A program made the translations under genes and the position numbers. The notes beneath the pieces are model-generated. The model had not been told where the DNA came from. It made no database searches and saw nothing but the letters and a program-made list of their open reading frames with translations. From Patescibacteria group bacterium (GTDB lineage Bacteria > Patescibacteriota > Patescibacteriia > Veblenbacterales > UBA10138): DNA of 64,000 nt. Each line of letters opens with the position of its first letter. Positions within the stretch are counted from its first letter, which is position 1. The DNA lies in contig JBAZOT010000005.1 in assembly GCA_041648575.1 (NCBI GenBank), positions 17,161 to 81,160 of the forward strand. Direction: 5' to 3'. Positions 26,206 to 37,156 of this stretch are shown here, one piece after another.

Positions 26206-29022
26206 TTATTCAATAGTTACAGTAATGGGGCGGCTATTTTTTGTGCCGCCTGTTTTGTCAGTCAGAATAAGAAATAGTTTATAAACACCAGTAGAAGCAG
26301 GAGACCAGATTAATTGGTTGATAGTTTGTGGTTTGTTAATATAACCAAGCCAGTTTGAACCACCAGTTGTTGCTTGATAATAAAGATCAACTTTTGTTAA
26401 ATATTGAGGATTATCAAATTGTAATTTTATATTGATTGGGGTTTCGTTAATATTTAATCGCGCATTGTCCGTTGGGTTTAACCAAGAAACATGATAAGGA
26501 GATGACAGTAAAGTAGTTTGTAAATTAAAAGTTATTTTATCTTCAGCTGAATTATCAACATCATCATAAGCCTTAACTGTTAAATTATGAAAGCCATTAG
26601 TTAATTCGTCTGTGAATTGATAGTTTAAAGACCAGGGAAAAGATTTGGCTTCGCCTACCAATTGGTTATCAAGAAAGTATTCAACGCGACGTATACCGCG
26701 TCGAGCATTTGTAGCAACAGTAAAAATGGTTGGGTTTTGTTTAATGGTTTCATTGTCAGTGGGGGTAGTAAGATTAATAGTTGGTTTATTAATGGCAATA
26801 TGTACATCATCAAATTCAGTGGGTGGTTGTTCGTTAGTATAACCTTGTTCATTAGTCCACCTAGTAACCGCCGTTTCCCAATTTAAATATTGTGGATCGT
26901 CTTCGGGGCGAGAAGGAATCGTGCCCAAAGGATCATCTTTGTTAACGTAACGTAAGATAGAGTGATATTGTTTGTAACGTCGTCGTTCAATAAAATTAGT
27001 AGGAGTTAAGTCGGTAGCTAATTTACCACTAGCGCGGTCTATTAACACTTCTTCTCCGCTTAAATAACCATTAAGCATTGGTTTATCAACAGTGATTGTT
27101 TCTGACGGTGTAAAATTTTCTGCTGGTTTGTTAACTAAAGTTTTAGTCATAAAAGATTGCCAAATCGGTGCAGCCAGTACCGAGCCATCAGCACCGCGTT
27201 TCATTTCGCTATTATCACTGTTTCCCACCCAAACACCAGCAACTAATGATGGGGTATAGCCCAAAGTCCAAGCATCACGGTAATCATTAGTGGTTCCGGT
27301 TTTGGCCACTACTGGCCTAGCTGGTAAGGTTAGGTAATTGTTAGCACCAAAAATATATTCTCTAGCAGAATTATCTGATAAAATATTAGTAATTTGTCTG
27401 GCGGTTTGTTCGGCTAGTATTTTTTTAGCGACAGGTTGTTGGTATTCTTCAAGGGTTTTTCCAGTTGAATCTTCAATTTTTAAAATTCCGGTAGTTGGTA
27501 AAAAATTACCTTCTCGGGCTAGTGAGGCATAAGCATTGGTGTGTTCAATTAATTTAATTTCAGCGCCACCCAAAACTAAAGATAAACCAAAACGGCTTCG
27601 GTCTTTTAGCGTAGTATAACCCAATTGACTGGCTAAATCTAAAATATTATCTATGCCAACCAAATAAAGCAGTTTTACTGCTGGGATGTTTAATGAGCCA
27701 GCTAAAGCGGTTTTTAATGATACTGGGCCATGTTCGCGATCATCATAATTATGCGGTTCATAATCTTTGGTTTCTGTTTTAAAAGTGGTTACTACATCAA
27801 ATAAAATAGTATCGGGCGTATATCCTTTAGCCAGAGCAGCAGCATAGACAAAGGGTTTAAACGACGAACCGGGCTGGCGTGGGCGAGTTACTACATTAAC
27901 CTGGCCAGATATCGAATCATCAAAAAAATCACGCGATCCAACCATCGCCAGAATTTGTCCAGATTTAGGATCTAAAGCAACCAATGCGGCGTTACTAGCT
28001 TGGTAGGAATTATTTTTTTCTGCACTTTCGGCAATAGCAGTTTCAGCGTTTTTTTGCGCTTCAATATCTAAGGTGGTAATAATTTTTAATCCACCTTGTT
28101 CAACTGTCCGTTCGCCATATTTAGCAGCCACTTGTTCTTTTATAAAAAATATAAAATGCGGAGCAATGATATTTTCAGTTTTTGACACAAATTGTAATTT
28201 ATAATCCTTGGCCACCTGAGCAGTATCGGCGGTAATATAGTTTAAAGAAACCATTTCATCAATAATATATTGTTGTCGAGCCAGCAATTCATCTTTATGG
28301 GTTCCCCAGGGCGAGTAATAGCTTGGCGCTTTGGGAATGGCAGCCAGTAGTGCGCTTTCTGCTAAATTTAAATCTCTAACGCTCTTGCCAAAAAACATTT
28401 GAGCCGCAGCTTCTGCTCCATAAGCATTGGAGCCATAAGGTATTTCATTAAAGTATAGTTTTAAGATTTCATCTTTAGAGAATTTTCTTTCAATTTGATA
28501 GGCTAAAATAACCTCCTTTATTTTTCTGGTATATTTTTTTTCTCCACCGACAATAGCATTTTTTATAAATTGTTGAGTAATAGTTGAACCTCCTTGTGAT
28601 AGGCTGCCGCTTAAGATGTTAACCAGCAAAGAGCGAACCATAGAAGTAAAGCGAAATCCTTTATGGTTATAAAAATTTCTGTCCTCTGCCGTTAAGGTGG
28701 CTTGCTTAAGATAATCTGGTATATCGTTTAATTCAACACTAGTGCGGCGCTCTTCGCCGTGAATATCATAAAGTACAATTTGTCCGGTACGGTCATAAAT
28801 TTTGGTGCTTTGGGGAATAATTCTATGAGCAATACCTTCGGGGGTGGGTAGGTCGCGGCTGGCCCAAATAAATAAACCAAGCAAGCTAATAACGCCCAGT
28901 AAAAAAATTACAATAAACAAACGCCATAGTTGATTTTTATAATTGCGTCGTTTAGTAACATGATGAAGTTGGGGGCGTCGCCAACTCGGTTGGTTATAAG
29001 GAGATGAAATTTTTCTTTTCAT
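26206..29022 (-). CDS. mrcA: class A penicillin-binding protein (transglycosylase/transpeptidase) with an approximately 230-aa C-terminal extension
   Basis: GT51 motif EDRNFYNHKGF, and transpeptidase motifs SGSSFKP (SxxK), SLN and KTGT. It has an N-terminal transmembrane anchor and extra beta-rich C-terminal domains. Confidence 0.85.
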   Translation of the reverse strand: MKRKISSPYNQPSWRRPQLHHVTKRRNYKNQLWRLFIVIFLLGVISLLGLFIWASRDLPTPEGIAHRIIPQSTKIYDRTGQIVLYDIHGEERRTSVELNDIPDYLKQATLTAEDRNFYNHKGFRFTSMVRSLLVNILSGSLSQGGSTITQQFIKNAIVGGEKKYTRKIKEVILAYQIERKFSKDEILKLYFNEIPYGSNAYGAEAAAQMFFGKSVRDLNLAESALLAAIPKAPSYYSPWGTHKDELLARQQYIIDEMVSLNYITADTAQVAKDYKLQFVSKTENIIAPHFIFFIKEQVAAKYGERTVEQGGLKIITTLDIEAQKNAETAIAESAEKNNSYQASNAALVALDPKSGQILAMVGSRDFFDDSISGQVNVVTRPRQPGSSFKPFVYAAALAKGYTPDTILFDVVTTFKTETKDYEPHNYDDREHGPVSLKTALAGSLNIPAVKLLYLVGIDNILDLASQLGYTTLKDRSRFGLSLVLGGAEIKLIEHTNAYASLAREGNFLPTTGILKIEDSTGKTLEEYQQPVAKKILAEQTARQITNILSDNSAREYIFGANNYLTLPARPVVAKTGTTNDYRDAWTLGYTPSLVAGVWVGNSDNSEMKRGADGSVLAAPIWQSFMTKTLVNKPAENFTPSETITVDKPMLNGYLSGEEVLIDRASGKLATDLTPTNFIERRRYKQYHSILRYVNKDDPLGTIPSRPEDDPQYLNWETAVTRWTNEQGYTNEQPPTEFDDVHIAINKPTINLTTPTDNETIKQNPTIFTVATNARRGIRRVEYFLDNQLVGEAKSFPWSLNYQFTDELTNGFHNLTVKAYDDVDNSAEDKITFNLQTTLLSSPYHVSWLNPTDNARLNINETPINIKLQFDNPQYLTKVDLYYQATTGGSNWLGYINKPQTINQLIWSPASTGVYKLFLILTDKTGGTKNSRPITVTIE

Positions 29023-29073
29023 AAATCCGCTTATTCAATTATAGCAAGCCACGTGCTACAATGAAAATAGACT

Positions 29074-30276
29074 ATGGTAAAAAATATTAATAATCAAAAA
29101 ATTGATGAGTTATTAACCCGCAATGTGGAAGAGATTTTTGTAGCCAAACATTTGCGCAGCAGGCTGTTGTCAGGTAACAGTTTGCGTATAAAATTAGGTA
29201 TTGATCCAACTGGTCCAAAATTGCATTTAGGCAGAGCTATTCCGTTATGGAAATTGCGTGATTTTCAGGAATTAGGGCATCAAGTAGTTTTAATTATTGG
29301 TGATTTTACAGCTTTGATTGGCGACCCGTCTGACAAGCTTTCTAAAAGGCCATTTTTGACTATTGATCAAGTACGAGAAAATATGAAAGATTATAAAAAA
29401 CAGCTGGGCAAAATTTTAGATTTAGATAAAGTGGAGTGGCGTTATAATAGTGAGTGGTTACAAGCCATGACTTTTATTGATGTAGCAAAGCTGGCAGAAT
29501 CATTTTCAGTTCAGCAAATGTTAGCCAGGCGAAATTTTAAAGAACGTTTTAGTAAAGGTACAGAAATAAGTATTAGAGAATTGCTTTATCCTTTAATGCA
29601 AGGTTATGACTCGGCAGCCATTAAATGTGATGTGGAGGTTGGCGGAATAGACCAGTTGTTTAATTTAAAAGCCGGACGGGTGATTCAACAGCTTTATCAT
29701 CAGCCACCCCAAGATATTATGACTTTTGCGATGCTGGAAGGAACTGATGGCCGTAAAATGTCTACCAGTTGGGGTAATGTAATTAATATTACTGATCAAT
29801 CTCAAGAAATGTTTGGTAAGGTGATGTCTTTAGTTGATGAATTGATTATAAAATATTTTTATTTAACCACCCGTTTGCCAGTAGAGGAAATTAAACAAAT
29901 TGAAAAAGATTTAAACCAAGGAGCTAATCCACGCGACAGCAAGGCCCGTTTGGCGTATGAAATTGTAACGCTTTATCATGGTAAAACCATAGCTCAACAA
30001 GCAGTTAAGGAGTTTGATTTAATCCATCGGGAAAAAAAAGAGCCCAGTAAGATAGCTACTGTTCAACTAGTTAAGAGTAAAGCGCAGTTGCCAGCGGTTG
30101 AATTATTAACCTGGCTTAAATTAGCTACCAGTAAAAGTGAGGCGCGGCGTTTGGTAGAGCAAAAAGCAGTACAGATAAACAAGAAAAAAGTCACTGACTG
30201 GAAACAAATAATAAAATTAACAGCAAATATGGTGGTGCAGGTTGGCAGTCGGCGTTTTGTAAAGTTAGTTAAATAA
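29074..30276 (+). CDS. tyrS: tyrosine--tRNA ligase
   Basis: HIGH-type motif (PTGPKLHLGR), KMSKS-type motif (KMSTS), and a C-terminal S4-like domain. Confidence 0.9.
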   Translation: MVKNINNQKIDELLTRNVEEIFVAKHLRSRLLSGNSLRIKLGIDPTGPKLHLGRAIPLWKLRDFQELGHQVVLIIGDFTALIGDPSDKLSKRPFLTIDQVRENMKDYKKQLGKILDLDKVEWRYNSEWLQAMTFIDVAKLAESFSVQQMLARRNFKERFSKGTEISIRELLYPLMQGYDSAAIKCDVEVGGIDQLFNLKAGRVIQQLYHQPPQDIMTFAMLEGTDGRKMSTSWGNVINITDQSQEMFGKVMSLVDELIIKYFYLTTRLPVEEIKQIEKDLNQGANPRDSKARLAYEIVTLYHGKTIAQQAVKEFDLIHREKKEPSKIATVQLVKSKAQLPAVELLTWLKLATSKSEARRLVEQKAVQINKKKVTDWKQIIKLTANMVVQVGSRRFVKLVK

Positions 30277-30442
30277 AAAATAAATTGAATTATCACGCAT
30301 CTTGACCATGACGATTTTTCGTGGTAGTTTATAAAACGCTTACCTAAGAAGTAATAGTACTGAATAATTTATATTTCTAGGAAATATTTAAAGTGCTTAG
30401 TGCTAAACAAAGGAAGGCGATATTAATAATAAAATTCACATT

Positions 30443-31720
30443 TTGATTTTGCGTTTAATCCTAGTTGCTTTAACTGTAGGCCGATTTATAGTACGCACAT
30501 CCAGTCGCTTATCGGTAGCGCTTTTTAATAAAATTAAAAAACCAATAAGATTTTTGTGGCGAGTTTTAGTAGTGAAACCATCCGAGTATGCATGGTCAAG
30601 TCGGCGCTATAGACAGCAACTAATGCACAATTTGTTGCCATTTAAATTAATGCACCAACCATGGCTGCCAATTTTATTTATTACTATTGTTGCCGGGTTA
30701 GTACTGGTTAATAATATTCGTATCAGCCAAGTTAATGCTGGTGATTTTGGCCAGCATAGCCTGTTGATTGCTATAGTACAGGGAGAATTTGATGCCGTTA
30801 CTGAAGATGATTTTATGAACTTGTCTGATATTAATTATTTAATAGAAGAAACTGATCTTAGTTTAAGATCACAAATAGAAACTTTAAATAATAATCAAGA
30901 GATTGAACCAGCCACTACTGATGAGGGCAGTACTTTAATTAAACCAAATTTGGTAATAACAGCGAGAGGAGCCAGACAAAAAGCCGAGGATTATATTGTG
31001 GAAACAGGAGACACTTTATCATCTATTGCTGCAAATTTTGGAGTTTCTTTAGCTACTTTATTATGGGAAAATAGGTTAACCGAAAGAAATATTTTAAGAA
31101 TTGGGCAGAAGCTGACGATTTTACCAACCAGTGGCGTGTCGCATCGTATAGCCAAAGGTGATACCTTATCTCGCATAGCTAGTCGTTATGGGGTGACGGT
31201 AGATAAGATAAAAGAATTTAATAATATTGAAGGTGCTTTAGTGGTGGGGCAGGTGGTAATTATTCCGGGCGGCAAACCATATGTTGTGCCAGCACCGCCA
31301 TCAACCGCTACAACAAAAACGTTGTTAACGAATTTAGCACCCAGTACTCTTGATACTGGTACCAGATTAATGTGGCCAACGCCAACTAGAAGAATTACTC
31401 AATATTTTTCTTGGCGTCACGCCGGGCTTGATTTAGCCAGCAGTACCGGAACACCGATTTATGCAGCCGAGGAGGGTGTAGTGCAAGCCGCTGGCTGGAA
31501 CAGAGGTGGTTATGGTTATTATGTGATAATAGATCATGGCCAAGGTTTAAGAACACTTTATGGGCACGCCAGTAAATTATTAGTATCAGCTGGGGAACGC
31601 GTGCCACGGGGCCAGATGATTGCCTTAATAGGCTCTACTGGTCGTTCCACTGGTCCGCATTTGCATTTTGAAGTAATCGTCCAAGGTCAACGCGTTAACC
31701 CGTTGAATTACATTAGGTAA
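30443..31720 (+). CDS. LysM domain-containing M23 family metallopeptidase
   Basis: Two LysM repeats (GDTLSSIAANFGVS..., GDTLSRIASRYGVT...) and an M23 domain (HAGLD...HLHFE). The called start is TTG; an internal Met start is also possible. Confidence 0.8.
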   Translation: MILRLILVALTVGRFIVRTSSRLSVALFNKIKKPIRFLWRVLVVKPSEYAWSSRRYRQQLMHNLLPFKLMHQPWLPILFITIVAGLVLVNNIRISQVNAGDFGQHSLLIAIVQGEFDAVTEDDFMNLSDINYLIEETDLSLRSQIETLNNNQEIEPATTDEGSTLIKPNLVITARGARQKAEDYIVETGDTLSSIAANFGVSLATLLWENRLTERNILRIGQKLTILPTSGVSHRIAKGDTLSRIASRYGVTVDKIKEFNNIEGALVVGQVVIIPGGKPYVVPAPPSTATTKTLLTNLAPSTLDTGTRLMWPTPTRRITQYFSWRHAGLDLASSTGTPIYAAEEGVVQAAGWNRGGYGYYVIIDHGQGLRTLYGHASKLLVSAGERVPRGQMIALIGSTGRSTGPHLHFEVIVQGQRVNPLNYIR

Positions 31721-31811
31721 ATATCCCTAGTTCTAACATCCCTGCCTACTGGCAGGCAGGATCCACGATGCTCTGGGTTGATAATTTTTTTCAATAAATT
31801 AAACAAGTTGA

Positions 31812-33335
31812 TTATAAATTTTCATGTACCCGTGGGCGGTATTGTAGGGCTTCGGCTAAATGCTCAACTTCAATTGTGGGTTTGCCTGCTAAATCAGCAA
31901 TAGTGCGAGCGACTTTAATCATCCGATGATAAACCCGTGCTGACAAATGGAACTTATTTACTGCTTGGCGCAAAAGTTCTAAAGCTTGGTCAGCTAAAGT
32001 GCCAAATTCTTTTAAACCTTTCAAATCCATTTCCGAATTTATTTGGTAAGGCAAATTTTTAAATCTGGCGCTTTGTAATTTTCTAGCTTGTAGAATTCTA
32101 GTTTGAACGTGTTTTGAAGCTTCTCCTTCTAATCCTATTAATTTTTCAAAAGGCACGCGCGGTACTTCCACATGCAAATCAAAGCGGTCTAGTATAGGGC
32201 CAGATAATTTTCGCTGATATCTCCAGATCATGGATGGCGTGCAAGTGCACGGTTTTTGTGGGTCGCCAGCAAACCCGCAGGGACAAGGATTCATGGCAGC
32301 GACTAAAATAAATTGAGCTGGAAAAGAAACGCTGCCAGCAGCGCGCGAAACAATTATTTGGCCGCTTTCTAGTGGTTGGCGTAGATTTTCCAAAACCGCG
32401 CGGGAAAATTCTGCTACTTCATCTAAAAATAAAACACCCCTGTGTGCCAAAGAAATTTCTCCGGGCCGAGGATTAGAGCCGCCGCCTACCAGAGCGATAT
32501 CCGAAGCAGTATGATGCGGTGAGCGAAACGGGCGGTCAATTTTTGCCACTTCACCTGTTTTAAGCAAACCAGTAATACTATAGATTTCAGTAACTTCTAA
32601 AATTTCATTTCTGTCCAGTGGCGGAAGAATTGAAGCCAAGGCGCGTGCCAGTAAAGTTTTACCTGTTCCAGGCGGGCCGGAAAATAAAATATTGTGTCCG
32701 CCAGCAGCAGCAATTTCCAAAGCACGTTTAGCTTGCTCTTGTCCTTTAATTTCAGCTAGATCGGTTGAAAATTCTGCACTTGATTTTGATAATACAGTAG
32801 CTGTCTGAACAGGCAATTGGTTTTGCCCACTTAAGTGCGCTAGCAAATCCTTTAAATTTTTAATTCCGTAAACATTAATTTGGTCAACCAAAGCTGCTTC
32901 GGCGGCGTTAGCTTGAGGTACATATAATTTGGTAAAGCCATATTTAATGCAGTTTCTAGCGACGGCTAAAGTGCCAGGAATAGGCCGTAAAGTGCCGTCT
33001 AATGATAATTCTCCCAGGAAAAGGCTAGTATTTAAGGGTTCGGCCGGTTCAAGTTGTCCAGAGGCGATGAGCAAAGCTATGGCAATAGGTAAATCATAAG
33101 ATGAACCTTCTTTGCGTAAATCAGCTGGTGCTAAATTGACAGTAACTTTATTGCGAGGAAAATCTAAGCCAGTATTTTTAAGTGCTGATCTAACACGTTC
33201 TCTGGCTTCTTCAACTGCTTTGTCAGGCAGGCCGACAATAAAAATACCAGGTAGCTGTGATGATAAATCAGCCTCTACTTCAACTATTGAAGCTGATAAA
33301 CCAATAATTGCCGCGGTAAAAATTTTAGCTGACAT
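31812..33335 (-). CDS. comM: YifB/ComM family Mg-chelatase-like AAA+ ATPase
   Basis: Lon-like N-domain followed by AAA+ Walker A ILFSGPPGTGKT and the ChlI-like C-terminal region. Confidence 0.85.
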   Translation of the reverse strand: MSAKIFTAAIIGLSASIVEVEADLSSQLPGIFIVGLPDKAVEEARERVRSALKNTGLDFPRNKVTVNLAPADLRKEGSSYDLPIAIALLIASGQLEPAEPLNTSLFLGELSLDGTLRPIPGTLAVARNCIKYGFTKLYVPQANAAEAALVDQINVYGIKNLKDLLAHLSGQNQLPVQTATVLSKSSAEFSTDLAEIKGQEQAKRALEIAAAGGHNILFSGPPGTGKTLLARALASILPPLDRNEILEVTEIYSITGLLKTGEVAKIDRPFRSPHHTASDIALVGGGSNPRPGEISLAHRGVLFLDEVAEFSRAVLENLRQPLESGQIIVSRAAGSVSFPAQFILVAAMNPCPCGFAGDPQKPCTCTPSMIWRYQRKLSGPILDRFDLHVEVPRVPFEKLIGLEGEASKHVQTRILQARKLQSARFKNLPYQINSEMDLKGLKEFGTLADQALELLRQAVNKFHLSARVYHRMIKVARTIADLAGKPTIEVEHLAEALQYRPRVHENL

Positions 33336-33771
33336 GTTGTTTGTTTGTTAATAACGGTATTAGTAATAGTAATCCGACAAGTAAATAAATATCAGCTAAA
33401 TTAAAAATTGGTAAAAACCATAGATGCATAAAATCAATAATATATCCGTAAAGTAAACGATCCATTAGATTACTAATTCCGCCAATAAATATTAAAGTGG
33501 TAGCAGCAAACAGCTGGTAATTATTTTTATAATAAGCAAGGCTAATCAAATAAAAAATAAATATTAGTACAAGCGCAATCAAAGGTATAGAGAACCAACT
33601 AGGAACTGGTAAACCAAAAGCTAAGTTCTCGTTGGGATAATATGATAAATAAAAAAATCCCCCTTGGTCTGAGGTAGGATATATTTTTATGAATTCTTTA
33701 ATTAAGCGATCAGCCGAGGCCAGACAAATAAGTATACTAAACCAAACAGTGGTTCGGATAGTTAACATCAT
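33325..33771 (-). CDS. lspA: lipoprotein signal peptidase II
   Basis: Four transmembrane helices with conserved NLAFGL and FNLADIYL motifs. Confidence 0.8.
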   Translation of the reverse strand: MMLTIRTTVWFSILICLASADRLIKEFIKIYPTSDQGGFFYLSYYPNENLAFGLPVPSWFSIPLIALVLIFIFYLISLAYYKNNYQLFAATTLIFIGGISNLMDRLLYGYIIDFMHLWFLPIFNLADIYLLVGLLLLIPLLTNKQHVS

Positions 33772-34139
33772 TTTCCTGCTAAATGTTTTGTTTTACAATC
33801 CATGCAAGCACCAGATTCAGGGCGGGCACGCAAACGCCTTTCGTCGATTTCTTTTTTACAATATTTGCACACTCCATAAGATTTGTCTTGAATTCTAATT
33901 AAGGCCTGTTTAACATCTCGTAAATTACCCTCTAGTGTTTTTTCCAAGGACAGATTATCAGTGAAGGTGGCAACCTCGGCGGCATTTTCATCTTCCTTAT
34001 CGCCATATTGAGGGAAGCTAGTGGCGAAGCCTCCGTGAGTGGCAGGATTTTGGGTAGCAAAAATTTTCAGCTCGTTTTCTAGTTTAATTTGCTGTTGTTC
34101 CAATATTGCTTTCATTTCAGCAATAAATTGTTTTTTCAT
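33768..34139 (-). CDS. TraR/DksA family C4-type zinc-finger protein
   Basis: Coiled-coil N-terminus plus a C4 finger CKYCKKEI...CMDC. Confidence 0.6.
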   Translation of the reverse strand: MKKQFIAEMKAILEQQQIKLENELKIFATQNPATHGGFATSFPQYGDKEDENAAEVATFTDNLSLEKTLEGNLRDVKQALIRIQDKSYGVCKYCKKEIDERRLRARPESGACMDCKTKHLAGK

Positions 34140-34257
34140 AAAATTATAATAAAAAAAACCTAGTTAGCCCCAACGCCAAGATTATAGCATATTTAAAATT
34201 ACCAAACAATGGCGAACAAGTAGGTTGTTAGTTAGTGGATTTTATGATTATTTTGAA

Positions 34258-34293
34258 TACAAAAAAACGGGGCGATGAACGCCCCGCTTATTT
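34258..34293. terminator. bidirectional rho-independent terminator
   Basis: AAAAAAA-CGGGGCG-ATGAA-CGCCCCG-CTTATTT. The GC stem is flanked by an A-run and a T-run. Confidence 0.5.
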
Positions 34294-34807
34294 AAGCAAA
34301 ATGAATTTTTGAGCGCATCGCCCCGAGTATACGACACTTGCGCTACCTTCTTAGACTTCATTTAAGAAATCTAGGAAAGAATATATCCTCAAGTGCCTTG
34401 GGGGCGTAATCCTTATCAAATTGTTAATTATCACGCGTTATCCTCTACCACTCTAGTGGTCAGAACACATTTTTGAATATGTATCCCGCCTGTTTGTTTT
34501 TGTTTCCATTGTTTGGATGATCTTAGATAAGGGCAAGATCAGATAACAATAGAACAGTAGAGAAAGGGGTTGTTCCTAATTTTTTAATAAGAAACATCCC
34601 TTTTCTCTAATATTTCTTTATGATTTTTTAAATATCCACAAGTTCAGTACTTACAATATACCATATTTTAAAAAATAGGTCAATGTACACATTTTAGCTA
34701 AGATTAGAGCAATAAACACTAATACAGCTGAACACTCAACGTGCTCAGCATATTAGTTTTATACAAATTATCCACAGCTAATGCATTTCTCGCTATTTTT
34801 TACGGTT

Positions 34808-37024
34808 TTATCTGCGAAAGCGATTATTTGGTCGTGAATTATTATATCCACTAGAGCGTGGTCGGCGGTCCTGATAATTGTTTTCGCCACGGCTTTGGTC
34901 TTCTATTCCTTCTGGTTTGGGTAAGGTTTGCTTATGAGATAAATTAATTCTGCCTTGTTGGTCAATTTCAGTTACTTTGACTGGTAAAGTATCGCCAATC
35001 TTTACTACATCTTCAACTCGCTCTACTCGATGCCAAGTTAGTTCGGAAATATGAACCAATCCTTCCTGTTTGGGCAAAATTTCAACGAAAGCACCAAAAT
35101 TCATAAGTCGGGTTACTTTGCCTTGGAAAACTTCACCCACCACCACTTCTCGTGTAAGGTTTTTTATCCACTCAATGGCCTTAGTAGACGCTTCAGGATT
35201 GGTTGCCGTGATCATAACTAAACCATCATCTTCAATATCAATAGCCACACCAGTTACTTCAATAATTTCATTAATCATTTTACCGCCAGGTCCGATAACA
35301 TCGCGAATTTTATCCGGTGAAATACGGAAAGAGGTAATACGTGGGGCATAAGACGATAATTCCGGCCGCGGTTCGTTAATCGCTTGAGACATGGTTTTTA
35401 AAATAATTGATCTGGCTTCTTTGGCTTGAGTAATAGCTTCGCTTAGTATTTTTTGGCTTACTCCCCCGAGTTTAATATCAAGTTGTAGAGCGGTGATCCC
35501 TTCACTGGTGCCAGCGATTTTAAAATCCATATCACCTGAATGGTCTTCTATTCCCTGAATGTCGGTTAAAATTACATAGCGTGATTTATCTTTTAGATCG
35601 GTTAGCAACCCCATAGCTACACCAGCGACAGCGCGGGTAATTGGTACGCCGGCATCCATTAAAGCCAGAGAAGAACCACAGATGGAAGCTTGTGAAGATG
35701 AACCGTTGGATGACAACACTTCTGATACGACACGAATGGTGTAAGGAAAAGATTCTTTGTCTGGTAAGACAGGTAGTAAGGCTTTTTCTGCTAAAGCGCC
35801 ATGGCCGATTTCACGACGACCCGGTGAGCGAACTGGAGCAACTTCACCAACGCTAAAACCAGGAAAATTATAATGGTGCATGTATCTTTTTTTACCCTCT
35901 TCTTCCATGCCATCTAAAGTTTGTTCGGCTGAGGGCGAGGCTAAAGTAACGATAGATAATATTTGAGTTTCACCGCGTTCAAATAGACCAGTACCATGTG
36001 TACGGGGTAAAATAGCTACTGCCGCCGAGAGTGGTCTTATCTCATTAAGTTTACGGCCATCAACTCTGATTTTTTTATTCAATGCTAGTTGCCTGGCTTG
36101 GCCATCTAATATTTCCTCAAAGATTTTAATGCCCAAAGATCTCTCTTCTTTGTTTATTTCATTATCAGTTTTTAATATTTCGTCTAGCTCTATTTTTAAT
36201 TGTTCAATCATTTGGTGATATTCTTGGCGAGAAGGATGAGGAAACAGGTTTTTAAGTTTTGGTTCTAACCAAGATTCTACCTTATTCTTTATTTTGGTTA
36301 GTATTTCAGCATCCGCTTCGGCTGTTATAGTTTTTGGTTTGCCTGTTTTGCTAATAATTTCTTTAATAAAAGGTATAATCTGCTTTAAGTGTTTGTGGCC
36401 AAAGGCAATGGCGTCGGCTACTATTTGATCATTAACTTCTTTGCCCTGGCCTTCGATCATAACAATTTCCTCTTCTGTTCCGGTAATTATTAAATCCAGA
36501 TCGCTTTTGCCGCGATCTTCATAGGAAGGATTAATTACCCATTCCGCTGCAACTCGGCCAATTCTAACAGCAGCAATTGGTCCGTTCCAGGGAACAGAAG
36601 AAATACCCAAAGCTGTAGAGGCAGCAATTAATGCTACAATATCAGGGTCATTTTCATGGTCTACAGAAAGAACTGTCACCATTACCTGAACATCTTTCCT
36701 TTCAGTATCGCGAAATAAGGGCCTAATAGAACGATCAATTACGCGTGAAGTTAGAATTGCTTCATCAGTAGGACGTCCTTCACGTTTAATAAAACGTGAG
36801 CCTTTAATTTTACCTGCGGCATATAATCGCTCCTCGTAGTCTACTAGTAAAGGGAAATAATCTATTCCCTCTCTTGGTTCCGAAGCTTGAACTACAGTAG
36901 CCAAAACCACAGTATCGCCATATTGTACCGTGCAACTGCCATGGGCTTGGTTGGCTAGCTTGCCAATTTCTACAGTTAGTTGTTTACCCGCTACTTCCTG
37001 GGTAAATTTTTTTATTTCTGACAT
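34808..37024 (-). CDS. pnp: polyribonucleotide nucleotidyltransferase (PNPase) with a basic C-terminal tail
   Basis: Two RNase PH domains, KH and S1 domains, 738 aa. Confidence 0.95.
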   Translation of the reverse strand: MSEIKKFTQEVAGKQLTVEIGKLANQAHGSCTVQYGDTVVLATVVQASEPREGIDYFPLLVDYEERLYAAGKIKGSRFIKREGRPTDEAILTSRVIDRSIRPLFRDTERKDVQVMVTVLSVDHENDPDIVALIAASTALGISSVPWNGPIAAVRIGRVAAEWVINPSYEDRGKSDLDLIITGTEEEIVMIEGQGKEVNDQIVADAIAFGHKHLKQIIPFIKEIISKTGKPKTITAEADAEILTKIKNKVESWLEPKLKNLFPHPSRQEYHQMIEQLKIELDEILKTDNEINKEERSLGIKIFEEILDGQARQLALNKKIRVDGRKLNEIRPLSAAVAILPRTHGTGLFERGETQILSIVTLASPSAEQTLDGMEEEGKKRYMHHYNFPGFSVGEVAPVRSPGRREIGHGALAEKALLPVLPDKESFPYTIRVVSEVLSSNGSSSQASICGSSLALMDAGVPITRAVAGVAMGLLTDLKDKSRYVILTDIQGIEDHSGDMDFKIAGTSEGITALQLDIKLGGVSQKILSEAITQAKEARSIILKTMSQAINEPRPELSSYAPRITSFRISPDKIRDVIGPGGKMINEIIEVTGVAIDIEDDGLVMITATNPEASTKAIEWIKNLTREVVVGEVFQGKVTRLMNFGAFVEILPKQEGLVHISELTWHRVERVEDVVKIGDTLPVKVTEIDQQGRINLSHKQTLPKPEGIEDQSRGENNYQDRRPRSSGYNNSRPNNRFRR

Positions 37025-37156
37025 AAAGATAGTGTCCTTTAGTCAGGTGACAGGTAAGGTTGTTTATTTGAGAGGAACTTGAATCTTGAAATTAAAATTC
37101 AAATTCTCATCAAACAATGCAATCACCTGTTAGCCTGAATAATTATTAATAAATAG

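Noticed and set aside
34632-34776. Declaring the pnp-downstream region the replication origin.
   Set aside because: One perfect and one near-perfect DnaA box could arise by chance in AT-rich DNA; roughly 0.5 to 1 perfect 9-mers are expected in 64 kb. Without GC-skew data this is only flagged, not called.
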